From contig OZ218958.1 of the NCBI GenBank assembly GCA_965112735.1, forward strand, positions 1,302,001 through 1,366,000: DNA of 64,000 nt. Direction: 5' to 3'. The position numbers and the translations under genes are program-made. Below, in pieces: positions 47,489 to 59,938 of this stretch; the first letter of the stretch is position 1; the number at the start of each line of letters is the position of its first letter. The notes below the pieces were generated by a model, which made no database searches, was not told the origin of the DNA, and saw only the letters and a program-made list of their open reading frames with translations. The stretch comes from Phaeosaccion multiseriatum (Eukaryota; Protista; Ochrophyta, other classes).

Positions 47489-48427
47489 TCAGGCCGGCTG
47501 GTAGCGCCGGTCATAATCAGTAATCAGGCCGGCTGGCGCCATTCTTCAGTAACCAGATAACCTTGTCCGCCGCGATTGACTACCAAACGAAGTTCCACAA
47601 ACCTTTGGTACTCCCTTGTGGTGTGGAGGAGGTGGAGATTTCGCAGCCCCTGGACCTTGCTTCCCTTTCTTCTGGTCTCTTCTGACGAAGAGGGGAGGAA
47701 CCCCTTCCCTTTGGAGAGCCTGTCAGTGCCTGCTGGCCTGAAGAGGCTCGTAGTCCCGTAATACTACCCGCTGCATGCCCATCTGCCCGAGGGGCTTGGG
47801 GTCAGAAGGACGAGTCCTAACTTCTAATATGAGCCCAGGTCGAACCAATGTAGATAACCAATGTTGCTACGAGCCAATGAGGAGGTGCATGGGCGCTCAC
47901 ATGTGTGCGTGTGTGTGCGTGTGCGTGTGTACGTGTCGCCTCGAGACGAAAGTGCGACGGTGCGTTAGGCAGGGGCAGGAGGACCTCGATACCCCATGTT
48001 GACATCAGAACTATGTGATTCCAAGTGAGAAGAAGAAACGTAGCGACACACTTAGTACTTAATGCATCTTGCACAACAAAATGCACCCTTTGCATGCCAA
48101 GTGGGCTCCAGAACGCTACATGCGGGTAACCCACTCACGACGCTACCGATCTAGTTTAGTATATTTCATCTCTCTCTCTCTCTTCACTTTTTTTCGTATA
48201 CTACCGATCTAGTTTAGTGTGTTTCGTATAATTCGGACTCGAGCTTGCGACCCACTCACTCATGCCGCCGATCTATTTAGTACCAAGTACTACGTACGTT
48301 TCGTAAAGTTCAGACTCGGAGTCACTTGGTCGCCCTTCCAGCCGAGGAAGGCCCCGATCCGGAGACGCCACCCAGTGTTGCCCTGTCTGAGCTCCGTTGA
48401 GCTCTCGTCCCGCCCCACCGCTGCCTC

Positions 48428-48859
48428 TCACCGGCGACGTGGAGAGTCGTCGACACTTCGCAGGGGGGAGTACAAGGCCTGCACCGACGCGGGCGACGTC
48501 CTCGCGGCGGAGTCTTCCCACGTGAACATGTGCTTGCTAAGGACGACGGGCGCCAGCAAGCAGCCCACGAGCGAGACGACTCCGCCGAAGAAGAGAAGGG
48601 TGGCTGGGTCCTGCGACCCCGCGCTGGAAAGGGGCTGAACGCAGAGCTGCCGAGGAGTAGGGAGGTCATCCATGGTCAGGCGCACACGAGGGGGGGAAGG
48701 AGGAGGAGGAAACCGATTTAGAGGAGTACGGATGCGATAGACTGGGTGAGAGCGGTGGGTGGGTTCGGAGGAGCGGTGCCATTTTGGAACGTGCATGTCC
48801 TCACTCACACGCACGCACAAATGTGCATGTGCGCACACACCAAGAATACGCACACGCAC

Positions 48860-48905
<46 letters not shown>

Positions 48906-50139
48906 CAACACGTACCGCCAAAAGCAGCTGCGCCAGCACGACATAGACATTGACCTTTCCGAGCATCTGGCCATTACCGTTGGCATTGCCTCTATTGTCC
49001 TCCCGGCCGCCCTCGGAGAGCATACCTACGGCGATGAAGGGCACACTTTCTACGAGGGCCATCGGCACACCAAGCAGACTAATGACCAGGAAGGATCCCA
49101 TCTATTGGTGGATGTAGCACGGGTGGGTGTGGGTGAGAGTGGGTGGGTGCGGAGAGAGAGAGGGGGAGAGAGAGGGAGAGGGGGAGGGGTCGTGATTGTA
49201 GGGGAAAAGACACACATAACAAGCAAAGGTCAAACACTCTCATGTTCTGCTCGAGCCAAAACCCGCAGCACGGCAAGAACTGTATCACCAACTGCTGTAC
49301 TGTAGTACCACCAACAGTGCTGTACAGTGCAGGGTGGAACATGGAAAGTGTCAAAGGTGTAAGAGGGTAAGACCCTCACCTTCCTCAGTCTCTCGCTCTG
49401 GGAAGGACGGAGCGCACAGCCCGCGAGCATTAACCCCCCTTCCAGCAAGAGCATGACCCTCAGCGAGCCCCCGATACCACCCTGTGTGTGTGTGCGTGTG
49501 TGTGTGTGTGCGTGCGTGTTTGTGTGTGTGTGCGTGTGTGTGTGTGCGTGCGTGTGTGTGCGTGTGTGAGTGTGTGTGTGTGTGTGAGCGTGTGTGAGTA
49601 AGTGTGTGTGTGTGCACACACCTACGTGGTTCTGAGGTTGATTACTACAAGTCAATACAATGACTCTTAAACCCCGTCTACCCATCTACTATACATAGCG
49701 TTTGTAGCCTTTTACAACAGTGTATCACAGCAATGATCACATACCTGATCTACTACAGCTTTGATGGGGCCCAGGCCCATGAGAAGGATGACCACAGCTT
49801 GAGCGACAAAGCTCAAACTTGCCCATCGCACCCCCTCATTGTAGAGCTCTTGAAGGTGGTCATGTTGGTCATCCGAAGTGGAGGCGTCGTCGCCATGAGA
49901 AGTGTTGTGATCTTGACCTTCATCGTGTGGGCTGACAGCCCCGCCAAAGACGTCAATACCTACCCAGTCACTGGCGATCATTGAGAGGGAGAACCACCCC
50001 ACCCAGGAAAGGAAGACGAGAAAGCACACTCTCAGCTGAGGGACGGACGGACGGGATGGGCGTGTGTGGGTAGTAGCAGCAGTAGTAAGAGAAGCCGCGG
50101 GTAGCAACAGTAGTAGAGTAGCATTAGAGTAGCAGTATA

Positions 50140-50219
<80 letters not shown>

Positions 50220-50411
50220 CAGTAATAGCAGTAGTAGCGGCAGTAGTAGCAGTAGTAGTAGTAGTAGATTAGGAGTAGCAGGAGGAATAGTATGAGAGGC
50301 AGTATCGAGTCGTAGTAGTAGCAGAGGCAACTACTAGTAGTAGTACTACTACTAAGAAGAAGAAGTAGTAGTAGTAGTAGTATAGTAGTAGTAGTATAGT
50401 AGTAGTAGTAA

Positions 50412-50455
<44 letters not shown>

Positions 50456-50723
50456 TAGTAGTAGTAGTAGTAGTAGTAGTAGCAGCAAGAGACAGCTCGG
50501 AAGGGGGGGGCGGGGTTGGTGTGAAAGGAGTAGAGAATAAGTAACCGTGACTCACCAACCAACTTGGTAGAGCCCAGAAGGCGATGCTCTCGGCAAAGAT
50601 CACGGCCTTCGTCTTCATATGTCCTCTCTCCCCTCTCTCCCCTCTCTCCCCTCTCTCCCCTTGCCCCCCCTCCTCCTCCTCCTCCTCCTCCTCCCCCTCC
50701 TCCTCCTCCTCCTCCTCCTCCTC

Positions 50724-50757
<34 letters not shown>

Positions 50758-50789
50758 TCCCCCTCCTCCTCCTCCTCCTCCTCCTCCTC

Positions 50790-50823
<34 letters not shown>

Positions 50824-52670
50824 TCCCCCTCCTCCTCCTCCTCCTCCTCCTCCCTCGCTAGCCTTCCGAACGCCGCCGGCCTCCTTCGTGCCCGCCGCGG
50901 TGATGCTGAAGCTCGCCTACGTATTCGACGATACCGACGCTCTACCCCACTACCACAAATCCTCCTCTCCTCATCCTTCCTTGCCTCCTCTCCTCCCTCC
51001 CCCCCTCCTCCTTGGCCCCCCGCTCCTCCCTCTCCTCCTCCTCCTCCGATGACGACAGTGACCGCATGTTCCTCTGTCGGGTAGTGCGATGCCTTGGACT
51101 CGCACGGCGCTGCCAACCTGCCTGCCAAGCCTCCTCGACACGGGTTAAGCTCACAACAGGGGCACCATCAACAATTGGTGATACGGCAGCAGCAGCAGTT
51201 GGTGGGACAGCCTCGAGTTTGGTGCCGAAGTGGTACGAGACGACAGCTGTGACGCAGAGCACCAACGCTGATACGTTGTAGACGAGTGTGGTGCCGCTGT
51301 CATAGACCAGCCGCAGGAAGGGCAGGTATCGCAATGCGTTGAAGGAGCCGCAGAGAAAGCCCAGGATGTTGCCGGCCCCGTAGGCCACCATGAGTATGCT
51401 AATGAAGGTGTGTGATGGGAGTGCAGTATACGATAGACAGAGGTAGGTATCGTGGGTAGGTATGGCCCTCCCTCCCTCCCTCCCTTCTTTCCTTCCCCCC
51501 TCTCCACTCCCCTCCCGTCCTTTCGTCCCTCCTCCCCTCCCTCACTCCCTCCCTCCCTCCCTCCCTCCCTCCTTCCCTCCCCTCCCTCCCTCACCTGTTG
51601 GCACGTGCTTGTTGCTCAGGTGGAGCGCAGTCCGCAATGATGGCTCGCAGGCTAACGAGGGCAGCGTTCATCGCCAAATCAATGACCCATAGCGCCGCAA
51701 CCGCGATGAAGAGTTGGCCTCGCATGCTGAGGGAGGGAGGAGAGGGAGAGAGAGAGAGGACAGGGGGGCAGCCACCGTAGGACGCCGAGGGATACAGCCC
51801 GAGAGGGGGGTGGGGGTTTCCGGGCGGGGTTAAGTTTGCTCGAGATGGGCGAGGGCCTTCGTTGATCAGACTCGGGGTGTGGACGGACGACCGACTTGCT
51901 CTGTAGACTATGGAAGTGATTGACATGACTTGGTTGACATTCAGTTTCCACTCCGTTCAGCGAAATATTCCACGCGCCTCTCCCTCGGCCCTCTCGTCCC
52001 ACCCTCTGCTGCTCACCTTGGCACGAACTGAGAGGGCATGAGAATCATGCCCGCCGCCATGAGACCCATGGCACTCAGGACAATGTAGCTGCGCCCCCTC
52101 TGTAGGAGAGCAGAGCAGCAGTAAGAATAGCAGTAGCGGTAGTGAAATGAGTAGGAGAAGAAATGAAGATGAGCAGCAGCAGCCGTAGCATACCTGGCGT
52201 CTGGCATCAGAGTATCCCCCGACTAGAGGCTGCACGATCATACCAGAGAGAGGTCCAGCCATCCAAATATAACCCAGGTTGGAAGGAGATACATCAAACC
52301 TGGAGAGCAGTAAGGGGGTGGTATACACCGTCTTGTCGCGGAAGCGTATCGAGTTAGGGGGGTGGTCATTGTAGCAGCAGAAGGGGGGCGAGGAAGGGGT
52401 GAGGGAAGGGAAGTGAGAACAGCAAAGAAGAGCGGTGTAGCAGCATGGCAGCAGGAGGGGCGAGGAAGGGTCGAGGGAAGTGAAGTAAGAACAGCAAAGA
52501 AGAGAGAAAGGGAAAGGCGAAGCATCTGGGGAGGAACGTCAACTTCTTTTTCTCTCCCAGGCTACCTTGATACTCCACGCGAACATGATGCCACTCAGAC
52601 CAAGCGAGGCACCAACCAGATTACAAAGGCCGCGTCTGCTCATCCTCGACCCCTCCATAGGGGGCTGCAT
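48428..52670 (-). CDS. MFS sugar transporter, SLC45 / sucrose transporter (SUT)-like
   Basis: Exons give GIMFAWSIK|[77 protein letters not shown]. Splicing in the central loop is uncertain. Confidence 0.85.
50100..50490. repeat. Intronic (TAG)n/(CAG)n microsatellite; similar tracts at 59570-59705, (AAC)n at 59850-59937 and (GAG)n at 61464-61650
   Basis: Directly visible, lying between exons of the transporter and HIPL genes. Confidence 0.95.
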
Positions 52671-53189
52671 GGATGTATAGAGATTGGGCGTATCGTGGTT
52701 TTGGTGAAGCAGTTGGTTCTACTTGACAGTTGCGACTCGACGTTGTTCTTCAACTTGTCACGCACCACCCACGCACGCAGGCAAGCACGTAAAATCAAGA
52801 CCTCAAGTCGACCTCGATATGTGCGAAAGTCAATGACCTCACCGGCCGACTGGCCCGGCCATAAGCAGAAACGTAGAAACCATCCAGAGCCAAAGGAGGA
52901 GTAGGAGAGGAGGAAGAGGGCCGTGAATGAGAACTTGCGCGACTTTTTCTCTCAGTTCAGTCCGTAGGGAAATTAACGTCTTTTCGAGCTCTTCTCTCTT
53001 TTGGTTTCGTATCTTCATATAGCTAAATATATCACGTGAAATAATAATATTGTGTAGGGCAAAACAAGTAAGATTTCTCTCCTTTTCTCCCATTCACGCA
53101 AGCCACGCACGCCACACACATACACACATACACACACACAAATACACATGCACACGCCCGCCACGCACACTCCCACACGCAGCAGCTCA

Positions 53190-55488
53190 CCAAAAGTCAT
53201 TGAAAGAAAAGAACCTTCCTGTGTCCTGCACAACGGTCTTGACAGGCTTGTTCCACGTTGTAAACTCAAGCATACTGCCACTGTCGTAGAACCAACGCGC
53301 CCCCTCCTTCACAAAGCGGGCTCGCTCCTTAAAATAGTCCTCCGTAATGAGGCCCTTCAGCGGTCGTTTGCACCGCTCCACAACCACCGAAAAGGTGACG
53401 ATGGCGACTGCTGAGCCGGCTCGGCGCTCGGGAGGGATGTCTATCTCCATGAAGCGGTAATCGTCACAGAAGTCGAGCAGCTCGTCCAGCCAACCCGCCT
53501 ATACACATAGCGTCGCAAGCACGCACACACGCGCACACACACACACAACAAGCACAAGCACACAGCAAGCACGCAAGGAGAGCACGCAAACGCATAGCCA
53601 AGGACAGTAGCAGGACACCACACAGTTTTTTCCACAGTTATTGTAAGAGATGGATCGGAGAAGACACGGGGGGCATCGATTGGAGGAAGGGCCGCTCAAG
53701 GCTGACAAGCATATCTATCCTAACCAACGAAGCAAAGCTTTTGTACGCATGGTGCACGCACGTGTGTAAGACGCATCCTGCCCATAGGACTTGCCCCTAT
53801 TTATACCCATATGCCTGCTCCTCCTTGCCCACATACCCTACCTCGTCGTTGTCCCACTCCTCCCCCGATCGAAGCGTTGTGCTCATGATAAACTTCGGCA
53901 AGCGATACACGTAAGCAGAGTATCTGAGTGGGGAGAGGGTCAGAGGCGTACGGGTGAGGAGAGGGTGAGGGTAGAGGCAAAGGTGTGAGTGCGTGCGCGT
54001 GTGCTTGTGGGGAAGGGGCAAAGGCTGTACATTTAAGTAAGCACTTGGTACAAGGTCGAGGCTTGCGCATTCACCCCACAATCCATTCACAACACACCCC
54101 GCCTTGTGTGTGAGAGATGGATAGAGAGAGATAGATAGAGAGATTGCTTGTGCCTCAAGCTTCAGTCAATGGAGCCTGTGCATCAGCAGTAGCAACCGAG
54201 CATGTGAAGGAGCTAAGCCCTCAGCCTGTCTTTCTCTCCCTCTCTCCATCCCCCGTGTCTGTCTCAATCCCATGTCCACCTCCAGCACGACCACCACGTG
54301 TGGCATCATCTCACCCACCTCGCTCGCAACAACTCCGTCGGCGTGAGGGCGTCGTCAAAGCCCGAGTGAAGGCGCAGACAGCACATTGCGTAGGGGACGC
54401 CGCTGCCGCAAGCACACATTGTTTCCTCGGGCTTCGCTGGCTGTCGCGTCCTGTTGTTCGGCAGTGTCCTGGAAAGGATTGGGTTTGGATTAGGTTGGGG
54501 TGGGTTGAGGTGGGTTGAAGTATCATCTGTGGAGAGGGGGGGGAGACATGAGAGAGATGAGGAAAGAAAAGGCGAGAGAGAGAAAGAGACAGACTGGGGA
54601 AGAGACCCGAAGGAGAAAGGTACGGTAGGGCGAGGAGGCAGATGCAGATATGGTTGCACGGAGGCTTCCCTGCCTATGCGGATGATAAGTACCAAGTCTC
54701 TCGGTCTAAGCATGTACCCACAGCCAGCAATACTGACTTCGTCTGGCTCACCTGGTGTTTCTGGCCTTGAATGGCCACCAGCGAGGCCGCCGGAGCTTCT
54801 TCTGGCTCTGCCCGCTGAAGTACACCCCTGAAGTTAAGCGAGTGGTTGGTTAAGAGTGCGCGTAAGTAATAGCACGAGCGGGATGTGTGGCAGGTGTGGT
54901 GAAGGGGCCAAGAAGGGGGGGAGAGGGGAGTAGATGTACACATACACACACGTACAAAGCATGCCGTCCTCGTGTACCTGAGCTTTGGGGCGCCCTCCAC
55001 CCTTCGAGCATCGTGGCGGGTCTCCCTTTCGCACGCCCCGATCGTCTCCGTCCCGCGCCCCCACCCAACGCGTTGCTGCGGCAACTGCTGCTGCAACTGC
55101 TGCTGCTGCTGTGGTCGATGCTACAGATCGGCGGTTGAGATAGTAGCGATGAGGAGGGTGATAATGCTGATAGCAGTGTTGAAGACCTTCTTCTACGCCT
55201 ATGCCGTACACCTGCCGGAGCCTTTGCCGTCGGTCCCCTCGGTCTCTCCTCCATCCGTACCACTCTTGCCGGTGCCCCTCCACCTGTTGCCGGTGCTATG
55301 GCTGATCCCCCTCCTTCTCCTCCTGCCCCCCCCCCTCTCACTGCTGCTGGCAAGCCACAGTCCGGCGCAAAACCTCTCACGCACACCATGGATACCGCAG
55401 CACACAGAAGAAGAGCAGCAGCGCAGTGGGAGTGCATAGCAACCACTTTATGTGCTCTCTTGCTCCTCTTTGTCCTTGATTGACCCAT
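53190..55488 (-). CDS. YchJ-like (SEC-C / UPF0225) protein, probably plastid-targeted
   Basis: Signal peptide + GFAP; CACGSGVPYAMCCLRLH..PTELLRAR | YSAYVYRLPKFIMSTT; FKERARFVKEGARWFYDSG. The 3' end probably extends to about 52840. Confidence 0.8.
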
Positions 55489-55787
55489 GAGTACCGATTC
55501 GAGGAATAGGCCGCACAGAACTCAGCAATCGCAATCCCTTCGAAGAGCAAATCTGCTGCTCCTCATGCAGGAGAGATATAGCAAGAAGACCAGGACAGAG
55601 GGAGAAGAGGAGAAGAAGAGGAGAAGAGGGGGGAAGAAGGGGGGGGAACGTAAGTTGTCATGCCCGTATGCCTCCGCCTGCTTTTGGATTGGTTTTTTGT
55701 TCTTGGAAGCGTTCTTTCCAGCGCCTCTTCTCCTCCTTCCCCTGCGCTCCCTTTCTTTGCGGCGTGTTGCTCCGCGGCGGCGGCGCC

Positions 55788-56019
55788 CCGCGGATGGGCT
55801 TTAAGCCCATTCCTCTGTTCGCTTAGAGCGACCAGTCCATTCCTCTGTGTCACTTAGACTCATTGGCAAAGCAGTAGCCGCAGAAGGGGCTGCTGCTTCC
55901 CCTTCTGCAGCTGTTGCTTCCCCTTCTGCGGCTGCTGTTTTGCCAAGGAGTGTGAGTGATACGGAGGAATGGACTGGTTGCTCTAAGCGAAAAGAGGAAT
56001 GGGCTAAGCCCACCCGCGG
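55788..56019 (+). ncRNA. Long imperfect hairpin, candidate miRNA/siRNA precursor
   Basis: 86-nt arms 55804-55889 and 55920-56005 differ at 9 positions, 6 of which form G-U pairs in a + strand transcript. Confidence 0.5.
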
Positions 56020-56103
56020 ATGAAGGCCGCGTCCAAGAGCAGCAGAATGGGTTGAGTACTACCGAAGAGGCGAGTTGTCTGCACTCATGACGGGGCTGAG
56101 CAA

Positions 56104-56955
56104 GTGTCCAATAGCCCCAGCTCCATCCTCCATCCTCCGAGTTGTGTTTCGGAGGGTGGTAACTGTTTGCTGCACGCCACTCTACAAGCCTTATTCGGGG
56201 AAGACTGGGCAGAGACCCTTGGCAAGGATGGTGTGAAGTGGCTTCGGCAATTGGTGGCAGCAAATCTTGAGAGTGCCGAGGGATACATGATACAGCTGGG
56301 GCTATTGGACAGAGACCTGGAGGTGACGAAGGCGCTAACTCTGGGAGCGTACTCTTCCGCTGTATTTTGCGGCGGTCTGGGGGAGGTACTCGCGCACGGC
56401 AACATGATTGGGCTGACGCTTCACGAATATGAGAAGCCGACAAAGAGCTTGACGCGTCATGAGTCGGATGCGGAGAAACCCGTGCAGCTGGAGTTTGTGT
56501 TAAGCGTCAGGCGGCGAGGAATGACGGAGGAGCAGCTGGAGGCCACAGGCGCTCATTGGGAGGCAGTGGAGCCAGAACAGGGCTTACCTCTGCTCGACGA
56601 GATTACAATGCTTCGGTGGCTGAACACACTGGCGCAGCAGTGTCGAAACGTGCGTCTGCCAGCTCAGCTGCAGGATTGGGTTGACAGGCCCCAGCAGGAC
56701 AGGAGTCGGGGGAATCGGGGAGGGCCTATGGAGATGTTTGAGACAGGCACGCAGACCAGCGAGGGGCGGGGAGGCGGTGCGGGAGAAGCACACAAGCCTC
56801 GTGAGACGCGGGCTCGGCCAGGGGAAATGGACGAAACGCCCAACGACGAAGGACGAGGAAGAGGAGCGGGCAGCAGCAGATGGAGGAGGTGGAGCCCAAG
56901 CGGGCAAAAACGGCGAAAGGGAGGGAGGAGAGGGGACGTGCCTCGACGATCCTGA
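56104..56955 (+). pseudogene. OTU-like cysteine protease domain ORF, probably degenerate or transposon-derived
   Basis: SEGGNCLLHA (catalytic Cys context), LRQLVA and HWEAV (His context); no clean start, and apparent frameshifts on both sides. Confidence 0.55.
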
Positions 56956-57126
56956 GGATGAGGCTGCAGAGGTCCAAGCGTCACGGGGGGAGGCCCAGGC
57001 CAAAGCCAAGGGCGAGGGAAAGCAGAAGGGCTCCCCCTCCAAGGGGCGAGAGGGCGGGGCTTATCATCGACAGGACGAGGGGGGCGAGGAGGAGGAGGAG
57101 GAGGAAGAGGGGGAGGAGGAGGAGGA

Positions 57127-57158
<32 letters not shown>

Positions 57159-57781
57159 GGGAGGAGGAGGAGGAGGAGGAGGAGGAGGAGGAGGAGGAGG
57201 AGAGGAGGAGGAGGAGGAGGAGGAGGAGGAGGAGGAGGAGGAGGAGGAGAGGAGACGTGGCAAGCCGCAGCAGCAGCAGCAGCAGCAACAACAACACCAG
57301 CGGCCCCGCCGACGAGCGGCTGCAGCAAATCCATACGCCACTTCGATGGGGAATGGGAAGGGGAAGCAGCCGAGGGAGAAGATCATCAAACCCATAGAGG
57401 TAGTGCGAAACAAGGAGGAGCGGCGCAACGTATTTGCTGCGGTGCCTGGTGCCTGCTGTGCCTCCCGAGGTGCCGCCCGTGGTATGACATGGCATCATCA
57501 TGGACCGCGCCGAGCACGTGAAGCAGTGCAGCAGGCACCGCAGCAAATACGAGAGGAAGGAGACGCCGGACGGGTTTGGGGACTTGTCCTTCGCTGACGA
57601 GAAGCAGGACACACCTGAGGCAAGCCCGCTGGAGTTGTCCGAGCTTTGAGGTGGTCTGAGGGCCGATGCGAAACATGAGCTAGCTAATACAGCCTTTTCG
57701 ACTCTGCCCTTCGCTCAGCCAGAAGCTCCGGGGCTTAGGCTACTATAGCTATGCCGCGTGTCGGTGCCCCGAAATTATAAG

Positions 57782-57950
57782 TCGGCTCCTGACAAGGTTC
57801 TGAGGCAAGAAGAACCTGGAACCTGGCCCGCTGGCGAGGCGTGGCAGAGCAGCCTTGGCCCTCATCATTGCCTTATTACATGGCTTTCCCCCATTATCTG
57901 GAACCTGGAACTGGGAACCTGGGTCGCCTCAGAACCTTGTCAGGGGCCGA
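57782..57950. mobile_element. MITE, deletion derivative of the 20604-27852 transposon family
   Basis: TIR tcggc(t/c)cctgacaaggttctgaggc; internal agcagccttggccctcatcattgcctt matches 27767-27794. Confidence 0.85.
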
Positions 57951-58259
57951 AATTAATCCCCTCCTCGCCCCCACCTACATCAGGCCTGGCGCAATCATGC
58001 CATCCAGAGCCGACCCTGCTGGTCAAAAATGTGTGAATTGGTTTAGTGATGCGCGTGTGAGTAGGCTGCTGCTGCTGCTGCTGGTGCTGCTGCTGCTGCT
58101 GGTGCTGGTGCTGGTGCTGGTGCTGGTGCCTCCTCCTTCCGTCACTCATATATATATATAAACCGAGATGCACCCCTATACTATCATACATTGTGCGTCA
58201 TGCCCCTCCTTCCCCTCCCCCCTCCCAGCCCTTTCTTTGCCCGTCAATCTCCCAACCAA

Positions 58260-59609
58260 CTAAGGAAGCCTTGCCACAAGCGCCACACACAGAAAGAGCC
58301 CCGTAGCCACCAACGACACCCCCGCTGAAGGCACAGCCCCCCGCCCCGCAGCGCTCGTATCACTGCGTGTGGTGCCATCCGGTAGTACAGATGGGGAAGC
58401 CGTACCACCACTCGCCCCGTCACTTCCTGCCGGCGAAGGGGTGGGAGCAGTCCCTCCACTGCCTTCCCCTCCTCCCCCCGGCGAAGGGGCTCCACCATCC
58501 GATCCACCGCCTCCTCCTGGTGTGGGAGTAGATCCATCCTCATCCTCCCCGTCGCTCTCTCCGTCCCTGCTGCTTGTGGCCGGCGAAGGGGTTATCTCCT
58601 CTACCTCGTCCTCCTCCACTAATCCTTCATCGCAAGAGGCGTAGGGGCAAGGCAGCTCATACATCCTAAAGCCCTCGGACTCCGAGTCCACGTTCTCCAC
58701 CTCTTGGAATGACACCATGTACATCTCGCCATCGCGGGCCTGCGCTACTGTTGTCTGTATGTTGGTAGGCGTGTTGGGGGGGTGTGGATGGGTGTAAGGG
58801 GGTGTAGATATGGGTGTAGGGGGTGGGGGTATGGAAAAGAGTGTCAGGAAGTAGACCAGGCAGAAACGACAGGACACTAGTCCCTTCAGTTCAGCTCAAT
58901 AAGCACACGCATACACACACACACATACACACACACGTACCTGCTTGGGTGTATCTGCCCCCCCCCACGACTCCACCACGGTCCAAGACTCGTTGCGTGC
59001 GTCAAGAAGCACAAAGATGTTATCAGCACCATAGTCAGCGAAGAAGTAATGCCCACCGTACTCCTCGGCGTACTTCGATCCGCGATACACTGAGGGAGGG
59101 AGGGAGGAGGGGAGGGAAGGAGGCGAGGGAGGGAGGAGGGAGGGAAGGAGGGAAGGAGGGAGGGTGGGAGGAAGGAAGGAAGGAAACATGAGCTTTCACC
59201 ACTTTTCCTTCCTCTTCGCCACTAGGCAACGCACTCGCCCAGATCTTTTCCAATCTCCAGCAAGACTCCATGCCCCTCTTGACCCCTCCCCCCCCGATCC
59301 CAAGACCCTGCAAGGACGCTCAGTCCTCACCCCCTCTTTCTATTGCTCGCTCTGCCTCTCTCTGCCTCTCTCTCTCTCTCTGCCTCTCTCTCTCTCTCTC
59401 TCTCTCCGCCTCTCTCTCTCTCTCTTACGACGGGATCACTCACCATGCCCGCCGGTGATGGATAGGCCCAACACGGACTGGTCCTCACAGTAAGAGATGC
59501 CCGGGTGGCAGTATTCGAACTTAGGCCACACTGTAAGCGAAAGTAGTATCAGGAGCAGTGGTGTTGGTAGTAGTCGTAGTCGTAGTAGTAGTAGTAGTAG
59601 TAGTAGTAA

Positions 59610-59643
<34 letters not shown>

Positions 59644-59862
59644 CGTCGTAGTAGTAGTAGCAGTAGCAGTAGTAACGGCAGTAGTAGCAGTAGTAGCAGT
59701 AGTGGTAGAGTAGGGGTAGAAGGAGGAAGAGTAGTAGCAGGAGCAGAGAGAGCGCAAAGAGCAAGTGGAGAAATGCAAAGAAGAGGAGCTTAGCACGACA
59801 TACCTGACCTGACTCAAACAGCGAAGTGGTGAATGACAACAACACACGCGAACAACAACAAT

Positions 59863-59938
<76 letters not shown>

